From positions 1 to 64,000 of IMG/VR virus record IMGVR_UViG_3300044712_001218: a DNA stretch of 64,000 nt; one strand, given 5' to 3'. The notes beneath the pieces are model-generated. The model was not told the DNA's origin, did no database searches, and saw nothing but the letters and a program-made list of their open reading frames with translations. Positions 1 through 7,417 of the stretch are shown here, piece by piece (the first letter of the stretch is position 1; each line of letters begins with the position of its first letter). The position numbers and the translations under genes are program-made. Source of the DNA: a virus.

Positions 1-491
1 TCCCCATCTTTCACCACTGCCCATTTCCCCCTCTGCCTTGCCGACAACCACAATTTTGCTGCAAAGGCGTCCGGCGGATAAAATTTCTTCACGGTTTCAT
101 GAATTACTTGCCCTTTATATATAAAGACCTGATCTTCCCAAATCCAAAACCCCGTTGCCTTTTTGTGGAGGCTTTCTACTACCCTACCATCTGCCACATC
201 TTTTCCATTCTCCCAAGCCTCCCTAAATTCCGGATACTTATTTTTCCATTCCTTTAACGTCTCCACATGAATTCCCATGACCCTTGCAATCTCCTTTTCC
301 GTATGCATTAACAAAGCCAACTGGTAAACCATTTGTACCATCCTCTTGGAATAAAACCCCCTATATTGAATGGAAAAAGTTTCCTCCTCAAATTCCTCCA
401 TTTGTTGTTCCGGAACATATTCTTGTTTATCTAACAGGAATTTTTCCTGCTCATTCCTGTCATTTTCCTTGTTTTTCTTATTCCTTGTCAT
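1..491 (-). CDS. terS: Terminase small subunit (HTH type), runs off the window edge
   Basis: Manually translated, not in the ORF track: MTRNKK...LALLMHTEKEIARVMGIHVETLKEWKNKYPEFREAWENGKDVADGRVVESLHKKATG...KKFYPPDAFAAKLWLSARQRGKW. This matches the typical HTH TerS pattern. Confidence 0.85.
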   Translation of the reverse strand, partial: MTRNKKNKENDRNEQEKFLLDKQEYVPEQQMEEFEEETFSIQYRGFYSKRMVQMVYQLALLMHTEKEIARVMGIHVETLKEWKNKYPEFREAWENGKDVADGRVVESLHKKATGFWIWEDQVFIYKGQVIHETVKKFYPPDAFAAKLWLSARQRGKWAVVKDG

Positions 492-1454
492 AACCTTATT
501 GTTTTCCTATGTATACCAATACTTTCCTTATAAAAATGAAAAATTTTGAAAAATAATTTTTATAAATTTTGACAAACCCTAATTTCATTGATAGTTGGGA
601 GTTTATCGTCCATATCTAAGGGCCTATATTTTATGACAAGTCCAAAAAATTGAAAAATTTGGAAAAAATTGTCATATATTTTGAGTCTCCCTCCAACGCC
701 CCCCTGCGTTCTCAACACGCGGATTGCGGGGCGGGGTGTGGATTCCAGGTCTCCCAGAGGCCTACGGCAGTGGGTCATCCACAGCAATGCCTTGTCAATT
801 GTCATGTCTAGAAGCCTTGGTATCAGTGATGTTGATGATGTAGATAGATGATCTGAAATGCTGCTGGATTGATTAGGAGGGTAGGATTCGCGGGTGCGCG
901 GGCTAAACTGATGACAAATAAGATATAAACATCCTCCTACCCTACTATATGCCCTACCTAATACATGACATATACATCCACATATCCCCCTTCCCTGATC
1001 TATACCCTTATCCATATATCCATATAATTTATTCCGGATATTCCTGTCTTTTTTTCCTGTTTCCTGATCCCTGCCATGGGTTAGGATTAATGACAGATAT
1101 AGATATAAATATGTTTTGGTCCTGTTTATTAGGGAATTTGTTTGCATGACAAGATTCATACATATATACATAAACATATATATAGAAGAGGACTTATGCA
1201 TCTTTATATTTGATGGGAGATTCATATGATGAAATAGCAATATGTATATATGTAATATTGTAGGAGCTCATCCAATATACATCTATATATAGATATATGA
1301 TAATTGTCCTGATAATGCGTAGTATATTATCTTTTTAGCCCAGATCAGGATGAAATAAAGGATAATCCTGATTTCCAGGTCTTTAATAATCTTATCTGGA
1401 ATCAATCTAAATTACCGGTCAAATCAAAAAAAGATGAATTTTTGTGATAAAAAA

Positions 1455-1486
1455 GTTGGCGGATAAATGGATTATTCCGATATTTG
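1455..1486 (+). promoter_or_regulatory. Candidate Bacteroidota-type early promoter
   Basis: GTTG-N20-GATATTTG versus consensus TTTG-N19-21-TAnnTTTG (2 mismatches); lies upstream of the first early unit. Confidence 0.4.
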
Positions 1487-1487
1487 A

Positions 1488-1860
1488 TAAGGATTTAATC
1501 ATAATCCTTTTCCCGCCGGATCGCATAAGCCGATCATTTGGTTCATTGACATCGTGGAAATTATCTGATTGTGGACAACAAACAGGATTATCATCCTTGG
1601 TATGGATGCCTATTAACGGACTACCTGGTCTTTTATGTCGGGCATTAAGAATCGTTGAAAACAGCCTTTTAGGCATTATCAGATAGCAGTCCCACTGTGG
1701 ATATTATAAGCTCCGCTTAGATTAATCCAGAAAAGATTAATTGTCTGACAGCCTTGTAGCTAAATATCCCGAAAATATTGGATTTCGCGAGCGGAGGATT
1801 ACGACCTTTTCGCCAAGACCGGATATAATTAGGACGCCAATACGAACTTTTATCATCCTT
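1488..1860 (+). ncRNA. Candidate structured non-coding/leader RNA
   Basis: No convincing ORF. Many stems: AAGGATT/AATCCTT, GATCG/CGATC, TATCTGAT/ATCAGATA, ATGCCTA/TAGGCAT, CTCCGCT/AGCGGAG, TTAATC/GATTAA. Confidence 0.4.
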
Positions 1861-1864
1861 TCAA

Positions 1865-1939
1865 GATTAGCTGATGAGGATTAATTATCCGAAATCAGGA
1901 TGTCCGTCTCAAATAAATAAAGACATCCTGATCCTAATC
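1865..1939 (+). ncRNA. Type I hammerhead ribozyme HH1
   Basis: GATTAG-CTGATGA-GGAT(TAATT)ATCC-GAAA-TCAGGATGTC(17 nt)GACATCCTGA-TC^CTAATC. Full catalytic core and three perfect stems; cleavage predicted after 1933. Confidence 0.93.
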
Positions 1940-1951
1940 AAATTAATAAAG

Positions 1952-2167
1952 ATGAAAAAATCCATTTATTTGCCAGAAGACCTGATTGATTTTTTAGATG
2001 GTCATAAGATGACTATTTCAATTATTCAGGATATTGAATATGTTGCTGATAAAATATCAAACTGGATTGATTATGGCGGGATTAAATATTCGGACAAAAA
2101 AGCCCTTAAATTAGCCCAAACTTATTATGAGCTTAAATTATTAGAAAAGGAATATTATGAATTATAG
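1952..2167 (+). CDS. Hypothetical early protein (71 aa)
   Basis: ATG at 1952 after an A-rich leader. The track's upstream start at 1874 lies inside HH1. Confidence 0.7.
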   Translation: MKKSIYLPEDLIDFLDGHKMTISIIQDIEYVADKISNWIDYGGIKYSDKKALKLAQTYYELKLLEKEYYEL

Positions 2168-2222
2168 GTTAACTGATGAGTCTTTAATAGACGAAACAGG
2201 ACAAAAGCGTCCTGTATTAACC
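2167..2222 (+). ncRNA. Type I hammerhead ribozyme HH2
   Basis: GGTTAA-CTGATGA-GTCT(TTAAT)AGAC-GAAA-CAGGAC(AAAAGC)GTCCTG-TA^TTAACC; cleavage predicted after 2216. Confidence 0.95.
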
Positions 2223-2239
2223 AATTAAAAACTAGTAAA

Positions 2240-2638
2240 ATGTCAAAAGTAGCAAAATCACCCGTACAGGATGTAGACGTCCTGAATTCAACCAGTGTTG
2301 AAAATGTAAAAACTTTAGCCCCGGAGTTAAGCCCTGTCGAAAAGGCTAATGCTCGTTATGAAGCTCAGCTGGCAAGGATTGAAAAGAGCAGGCAGGCTTT
2401 TATTGAGAAGGAAACCAAAAAAGCCGAGCGGGAAGCCAAGAAGGCTGAAAACCCAACTCCCTGGTCCTCTACCATGGACATTATGGTCAAATCACCGGAC
2501 ATTGAAATGTCAGCTGTTTTGGAGCAGCTCAAGGCAAAAGGCGTTGATGTTGAGGCCAGCAAATCCACCATTCACACCACCTTTGCCTATGTACGCAGGG
2601 TAGTCAAGGGTCTGCGTGAGAATGGTTTGATGGCCTAA
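2240..2638 (+). CDS. Hypothetical early protein: coiled coil plus possible winged-helix-like C-terminus
   Basis: 132-aa ORF with AAAACTAGTAAA leader, followed by a terminator. Confidence 0.75.
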   Translation: MSKVAKSPVQDVDVLNSTSVENVKTLAPELSPVEKANARYEAQLARIEKSRQAFIEKETKKAEREAKKAENPTPWSSTMDIMVKSPDIEMSAVLEQLKAKGVDVEASKSTIHTTFAYVRRVVKGLRENGLMA

Positions 2639-2670
2639 TTCCCTAAGATATAGGGCAGATGATCAAAGAC

Positions 2671-2698
2671 AGGCTCCCCTAACACGGGAGCCTTTTTT
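2671..2698 (+). terminator. Intrinsic terminator
   Basis: GGCTCCC-CTAACAC-GGGAGCC followed by TTTTTT. Confidence 0.85.
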
Positions 2699-2861
2699 AT
2701 GCCCTTATGTGATCTGTTCGTTTAATTTGATCAAAAACTAGGTTTCAACCCAGTTTAAGATTAGGCATTCTTTATTAAATGAATAGGCATTCCTTAGATC
2801 AATTATTAATCATCCTATCAATGGATGATTTAATTAAATTTAATTAATTTCTTTTAATTAT

Positions 2862-2892
2862 TTTGTTTTATCAAAATTGTTTTGTATATTAG
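2862..2892 (+). promoter_or_regulatory. Bacteroidota-type promoter
   Basis: TTTG-N19-TATATTAG, downstream of the terminator and upstream of ATG 2916. Confidence 0.55.
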
Positions 2893-2915
2893 ATGATAAT
2901 TTTAAATCTAATAAA

Positions 2916-3152
2916 ATGAAAACTATCACAATTCAAATCATCCATCAAATTATCTCTGATGCTTTTGACATTTGTAGATCAAACAAAGATTACAAATTCA
3001 AAAATTATCATGATGCTTATAATTTAGCAATCAAAAAAGCAGGATTTGAAAATGTTGATGATTATAAAACAAGAATGGAGCCTATTTATCATGCTCATTT
3101 AGAAAAAAGAGTAAAAATGTATTATTTAACAAATCATCCTTGCAAAAATTAA
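2916..3152 (+). CDS. Hypothetical protein
   Basis: ORF; internal ATG with A-rich leader chosen as start. Confidence 0.65.
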   Translation: MKTITIQIIHQIISDAFDICRSNKDYKFKNYHDAYNLAIKKAGFENVDDYKTRMEPIYHAHLEKRVKMYYLTNHPCKN

Positions 3153-3172
3153 AGATCAGGATGAAAGGATAT

Positions 3173-3206
3173 AAGGAGTAGGATGTCTTCTGCTCCTTTT
3201 CTATTT
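3173..3206 (+). terminator. Possible terminator/attenuator hairpin
   Basis: AAGGAGTAGGA-TGTC-TTCTGCTCCTT followed by TTCTATTT. Confidence 0.45.
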
Positions 3207-3285
3207 CCCACCCATTAAAGGTCACCCAGACGGTTGAATTTCCTCCGGGGGTGATCACTATTTTTATTTAACTAAACTTAGGCTT

Positions 3286-3477
3286 ATGAAAAAACAACTA
3301 ATTTCAGACATCAGCTCTTGGGTATGTTATGCCAATGCTTTTACCTTCATGGTATTTCTTTTGTTTAGCACTCCTACATTAAGCCCTTTAAACTATGCCA
3401 TGGTTGGAACCTTGGTATCATGTTTCTTTATGGCAGTATCCTGTCTTATCTTTGTTTTTGTTAATTGGAATGACTGA
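3286..3477 (+). CDS. Small membrane protein
   Basis: Two hydrophobic segments; AAACTTAG leader. Confidence 0.65.
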   Translation: MKKQLISDISSWVCYANAFTFMVFLLFSTPTLSPLNYAMVGTLVSCFFMAVSCLIFVFVNWND

Positions 3478-3928
3478 TTCAGTAGTTGATTCCGGAAAGA
3501 TTAGCAAGCATGAATTAGATTTCATGTTGGCTGGTCGAGCTATCTTTACCCTACGTAGTGTTGAGACACAAACCAGGTATACGTATAAGATTAAAAATGT
3601 AATGGGTAAAGATAAGATGTGGTTTGTTAGTGTATTAAGAGGTCAGGATAATACCACCGATTATCTGTATATTGGAACTTTGTTTCAGGAAATGGATGGG
3701 TCATTCCATTTTAAACTCACCGCTGCTAGTAAACTTAGAAGTGACGATAAACGGGTATTGGCTTTTACCTTTACCTTAAATAAGTTACTTAAGGGAACCC
3801 CTGATCCACGGGTAGAGATTTGGCATGAGGGAAGATGTGGAAGATGTGGAAGACTCCTTACTGTACCAGAAAGTATTGCTTCTGGTTTTGGTCCTGAATG
3901 TTTAACCCAAATTAAATTCAGATTCTAA
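3470..3928 (+). CDS. DUF6011-like zinc-finger protein
   Basis: C-terminal GRCGRCGRLLTVPESIASGFGPEC. Confidence 0.75.
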   Translation: MTDSVVDSGKISKHELDFMLAGRAIFTLRSVETQTRYTYKIKNVMGKDKMWFVSVLRGQDNTTDYLYIGTLFQEMDGSFHFKLTAASKLRSDDKRVLAFTFTLNKLLKGTPDPRVEIWHEGRCGRCGRLLTVPESIASGFGPECLTQIKFRF

Positions 3929-4062
3929 TGGATGCTAAAACCAGGAATTGCCTATTTGGTTTTACTGAGGATAATCCCAGTGATGAAGTAGAAGATCAGA
4001 AAGAACCTATCAACTATTGTCCCGGATGTAAAAACCATGATTGTGATAATTGTGATCTATGA
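3928..4062 (+). CDS. Small Cys-rich protein (44 aa)
   Basis: TAATG coupling to the upstream gene; CPGC...CDNC. Confidence 0.5.
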   Translation: MDAKTRNCLFGFTEDNPSDEVEDQKEPINYCPGCKNHDCDNCDL

Positions 4063-4143
4063 ATAAACAACCAGCTCGTACTCTTAGGGGTACGGGCTTG
4101 TGGTGGTGAAAAGCCTTAGTAATTTCATAAAAACCTAGAAATC

Positions 4144-4245
4144 ATGAATGAAATAACCATTGCTTTATTATGCATTGGAATATTATTATTCCTCTGCTGG
4201 ATGGGTCGTGAATTAACTTCCTATCACAATAACAAACGTTCTTAA
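4144..4245 (+). CDS. Small membrane peptide (33 aa)
   Basis: MNEITIALLCIGILLFLCWMG...; AAAACCTAG leader. Confidence 0.5.
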   Translation: MNEITIALLCIGILLFLCWMGRELTSYHNNKRS

Positions 4246-4271
4246 TTATTAACCAACAAAAACTTAGTCAA

Positions 4272-4541
4272 ATGTTACAAAAAGATCAAATTTTAGTAGC
4301 AACTGAAGCTCAATTCTTCAGCTGTGGAAGAACCAAGTTGTACATGGATGCTATTGTAAAAGCAGCCAATTATGAGGATACTCATTCTCAGACAATAATA
4401 GTCTTTCTTTCCAAGAAAAGGGAACAGAAAAATGATTATGTCAGAGTTGATACGGATCGTGGAAAACTCAGACCTGCCAAACCCGAAGAAATTGAAATGT
4501 GGGAGGCTGGAATCCGTAATTGTAGGGGGGAATTGATATGA
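4272..4541 (+). CDS. Hypothetical protein
   Basis: ORF with AAAAACTTAGTCAA leader. Confidence 0.7.
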   Translation: MLQKDQILVATEAQFFSCGRTKLYMDAIVKAANYEDTHSQTIIVFLSKKREQKNDYVRVDTDRGKLRPAKPEEIEMWEAGIRNCRGELI

Positions 4542-4849
4542 TCAGGATTATTATAGCTATAGCACTGGTTGGTTATTGCTTTCAACTCATAAGCAATCCA
4601 CGGGAGGAGATGATCCTTAGCTTCTATGGAAGATGGTTATTAAGGCTCCACGATTCTGGTAAGTTCGGGAGATATATATACAAACCCCTTGGAGGATGTA
4701 TTGTCTGTAATACCACATGGATTGGTTTTCTCTGTGGCTGGTTTATCTTTCATCAATCCTTCTTTGTTGGTCTTGTTACTGGTCTTGCTTCTGCCGGACT
4801 AGCAAATTTCATTCAAATTCTTCATACATTAATCAAGAAAAACCTATAA
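4538..4849 (+). CDS. Membrane protein with CxxC
   Basis: Hydrophobic helices; KPLGGCIVCNTTW; ATGA overlap. Confidence 0.65.
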   Translation: MIRIIIAIALVGYCFQLISNPREEMILSFYGRWLLRLHDSGKFGRYIYKPLGGCIVCNTTWIGFLCGWFIFHQSFFVGLVTGLASAGLANFIQILHTLIKKNL

Positions 4850-4852
4850 ATT

Positions 4853-5008
4853 ATGGAAAACCAGGAATTGTACAAAGTAAGCAGGGTATTTAAAAATAGT
4901 ACTCAACGGATATTGATCAGAAAGAACCTGACATTGGAACAAGCTCAGGCATTGGTCAAATCGTTTCCAACAAAACCATTATCTATGGTTGTTTATGATA
5001 AACAGTAA
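4853..5008 (+). CDS. Hypothetical protein (51 aa)
   Basis: MENQELYKVSRVF...LTLEQAQALVKSFP...; ends just before HH3. Confidence 0.6.
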   Translation: MENQELYKVSRVFKNSTQRILIRKNLTLEQAQALVKSFPTKPLSMVVYDKQ

Positions 5009-5009
5009 A

Positions 5010-5069
5010 GGTTAACTGATGAGGGTTTAATACCCGAAACAGACCTATTCATTTAGGTCTGTATTAACC
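5010..5069 (+). ncRNA. Type I hammerhead ribozyme HH3
   Basis: GGTTAA-CTGATGA-GGGT(TTAAT)ACCC-GAAA-CAGACCTA(TTCATT)TAGGTCTG-TA^TTAACC; cleavage predicted after 5063. Confidence 0.95.
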
Positions 5070-5084
5070 AAAAAACTTAGTAAA

Positions 5085-5288
5085 ATGAAAGATCAAAGCA
5101 TTCTTAATAATCCTTATATTGTCCCTCATCGTGGCTTGGGATTATTTACGGTGTTCCATTTATCTCAATATGGAACTTTTCTTTCAGGAACTAACAGTTT
5201 CCATTTAATGGAACATTTGAACTATGAATATTTGGCTTATGGGATGTATATTCATCAGCCAATAGTTTGCAAATTCAATATGAATTAA
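5085..5288 (+). CDS. Hypothetical protein
   Basis: ORF directly after HH3 with consensus leader. Confidence 0.6.
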   Translation: MKDQSILNNPYIVPHRGLGLFTVFHLSQYGTFLSGTNSFHLMEHLNYEYLAYGMYIHQPIVCKFNMN

Positions 5289-5290
5289 TT

Positions 5291-5719
5291 ATGAAACGAG
5301 TATTAATTTCAGCCATCCTCTTTCCGCTTACCCTTTGTGTTAGCCCTGCTATACACCGAGCGGATATTTCTGATCATATAACTACCCTTGTTAAGTATGA
5401 GAAATTTGTCAATGCTTTAACATGGGTTGAATCAAGACATGATTCATTAGCCGTGGGCTCTGCTCATGACTTAGGTTTATTCCAAATTACCCCTATTCGC
5501 TTATTGGATTATAATAGACGTACCGGTAAGCATTATACTGATCAGGATTTGTTTAACCCCCGTATTAGTCGTATTATCTTTGATTATTATTCAAAAGACC
5601 TCCCATTTGAGGAAGCAGCCCGTAAATGGAATAGGGCATATCAGTGGAGGGATTCTCTTGGAACGGTATATTGGAATAGAGTTTCTAAACAATTAAATAA
5701 ACTTAGTAATGAAAACTGA
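5291..5719 (+). CDS. Lysozyme-like / lytic transglycosylase-fold protein with N-terminal signal peptide
   Basis: VES catalytic Glu motif, GLFQI motif, WN motif; hydrophobic N-terminus. Confidence 0.7.
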   Translation: MKRVLISAILFPLTLCVSPAIHRADISDHITTLVKYEKFVNALTWVESRHDSLAVGSAHDLGLFQITPIRLLDYNRRTGKHYTDQDLFNPRISRIIFDYYSKDLPFEEAARKWNRAYQWRDSLGTVYWNRVSKQLNKLSNEN

Positions 5720-6233
5720 AATTGATCAATTTAGCCCGTGCCGGGAGGCATTGGAATTTCGCAGACAATACCCAACTTTTGAACAGGCATGGAAGGAATG
5801 TCCACGAGGAGATTGGATGTTATGGATTGCAAAAAGGTTAAAAATTGATAATAGAAAATTAACTCTTGCAAAAGGATTTTGTGCTAATACGGTTATTCAT
5901 TTAATGAAAGATCAAAAAAGTAAAGATGCAGTGAAAGCCGCTATTGATTATGGAAATAATCAGATAGATGAAGATCAGTTGAAAACTGCTGCTGATGCTG
6001 CTGCTGCTGCTTATGCTGCTGATGCTGCTGCTGCTATTGCTGCTTATGCTGCTGCTTATGCTGCTGCTGCTACTACTGCTGCTGATGCTGCTGCTGCTTA
6101 TGCTGCTGCTGCTGCTGCTGCTTATGCTGCTACTGCTAAAAAGCAAAATCAGATGATTACTGCTAACATATGCAGGAATATTCTTACGGAAGTGGTGATG
6201 GAAAAGATTAAAAGGTTAACTGATGAAGATTAA
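5709..6233 (+). CDS. Ala-rich repeat protein (Imm5-like phage family)
   Basis: CPRGDWMLW N-terminal motif followed by an AAAAY/AADAA tract. Confidence 0.7.
   Translation: MKTEIDQFSPCREALEFRRQYPTFEQAWKECPRGDWMLWIAKRLKIDNRKLTLAKGFCANTVIHLMKDQKSKDAVKAAIDYGNNQIDEDQLKTAADAAAAAYAADAAAAIAAYAAAYAAAATTAADAAAAYAAAAAAAYAATAKKQNQMITANICRNILTEVVMEKIKRLTDED
5988..6137 (+). repeat. Imperfect (GCT)n trinucleotide tract of about 50 codons
   Basis: GCT runs interrupted by GAT/TAT/ATT/ACT. Confidence 0.9.
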
Positions 6234-6271
6234 TTATCCGAAAGCCTTTCTAACAAGGAAGGTTATTAACC
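6214..6271 (+). ncRNA. Type I hammerhead ribozyme HH4 (variant; overlaps upstream CDS end)
   Basis: GGTTAA-CTGATGA-AGAT(TAATT)ATCC-GAAA-GCCTTTC(TAACAA)GGAAGGT-TA^TTAACC; A-C mismatch at the base of stem II. Confidence 0.85.
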
Positions 6272-6288
6272 AATTAAAAACTTAGTAT

Positions 6289-6672
6289 ATGAAAACTGAA
6301 GAAAAAGTAAACACCGAAGCATTGGAAACTAAAGCTATTAATCCCTTTGCTGTAGTCAGTCATTTTGTATCTGGCGAAAATGAAGATGATCGTATTATTC
6401 ATTCCGATCTTGGAATATCAGAAGAAAGAAACCATGAACTTTGCCAGAGAATGCAGGATTTTGTGGATAGAAGGAAAGTAGGTGATGAGATAAATATAAA
6501 CTGGCCTGAAGCCTTTCAGGAACTTACTTATGATGTTACTAATACCAATGAAGCAGTTTATATTGCTTTTTCCCTGACATATTCCATATTGGATGTACAA
6601 ATAGATACGTTAAAACGGATATTGCATAAACAGCAAATAATAATGACTATGCAAAACATTTTTGAGAAATAA
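6289..6672 (+). CDS. Hypothetical protein
   Basis: ORF after HH4 with consensus leader. Confidence 0.75.
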   Translation: MKTEEKVNTEALETKAINPFAVVSHFVSGENEDDRIIHSDLGISEERNHELCQRMQDFVDRRKVGDEININWPEAFQELTYDVTNTNEAVYIAFSLTYSILDVQIDTLKRILHKQQIIMTMQNIFEK

Positions 6673-6673
6673 T

Positions 6674-6855
6674 CGACGGTTCACAGTCCGTTTTAATTGT
6701 GGTGACAGTCCTGCCTGTGAAGGTCGGGCTGGAAACAAACCGATTGCTAAAAACTTAGTTAAAGACTTTCTCATGTGGAGAGCAACTTGTGGGTTTACTA
6801 AGTTTTCCCGACAATAACACATGGGCGGCCTGACCCCCTCCGTAATGGGGGTTTA
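6674..6855 (+). ncRNA. Candidate structured intergenic RNA
   Basis: Hairpins GACGG/CCGTT, CAGTCC..CCT-GTGA-AGG..GGGCTG, AAAACTTAGT/ACTAAGTTTT, ACCCCC/GGGGGT. Confidence 0.5.
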
Positions 6856-6913
6856 TTTTAAATTTGGAGTATTAAATGGAATTAATTATATTTAACCACT
6901 AAACTTAGTAATT

Positions 6914-7414
6914 ATGATACACTTTACTAAAATTACCATTGATTCGGCGTACGCTAAAAAGTGGAATGTCGATATGAATGATTTCATTGTTCTCACGAAT
7001 GATGAAGGCAATCCCATTCGTAATACCCTTTATCGTAAAGGAGGAATGGGAGGAACATGGAAAGATGGATATTGTGAGCTGATTAAATACATAGAAGAAG
7101 AGTATTCTGATAGCATCACAAAGATCGCTGCTGATAAGCCTCACTTAGCTGGTCATTGGTGTATCATCAATGAGAAGGGGGAGGAAAAGGTGGTGACTAA
7201 GCAGTTCGAATACATCTATCATCAGGGAGGCATAATCTACTCCATTAACAATACCTATTACAATATTGAGACAGGAGAGGTATATTGTAAAGGAAATCAT
7301 TCTATAAGCTCCTCTCAATTCATATTCGCCGATAATATTTATCACACTGATAAAGAAAAAATGGGAATATGGAAGATTAACAAGTTTGATGGAACCTATG
7401 AAATATTTAAATAA
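6914..7414 (+). CDS. Hypothetical protein
   Basis: 166-aa ORF with consensus leader. Confidence 0.75.
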   Translation: MIHFTKITIDSAYAKKWNVDMNDFIVLTNDEGNPIRNTLYRKGGMGGTWKDGYCELIKYIEEEYSDSITKIAADKPHLAGHWCIINEKGEEKVVTKQFEYIYHQGGIIYSINNTYYNIETGEVYCKGNHSISSSQFIFADNIYHTDKEKMGIWKINKFDGTYEIFK

Positions 7415-7417
7415 TAT

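Noticed and set aside
284-493. Plus-strand 69-aa ORF
   Set aside because: Antisense shadow of terS.
560-1240. 226-aa minus-strand ORF and overlapping short ORFs
   Set aside because: Low-complexity, non-protein-like composition in the divergent regulatory/terminal region; likely spurious.
1874-1951. N-terminal extension of the first early ORF
   Set aside because: The ATG is part of the hammerhead CUGAUGA core; the real start is probably 1952.
3220-3260. Bona fide tRNA gene
   Set aside because: Too short, with no D or anticodon arm; no complete tRNA was seen in the window.
5901-6146. Poly-Ser minus-strand ORF
   Set aside because: Antisense of the GCT tract.
1865-6271. CRISPR array or DGR explanation for the GGTTAACTGATGA repeats
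   Set aside because: Irregular spacing, no cas or reverse transcriptase gene in the window; the repeats are fully explained as hammerheads.
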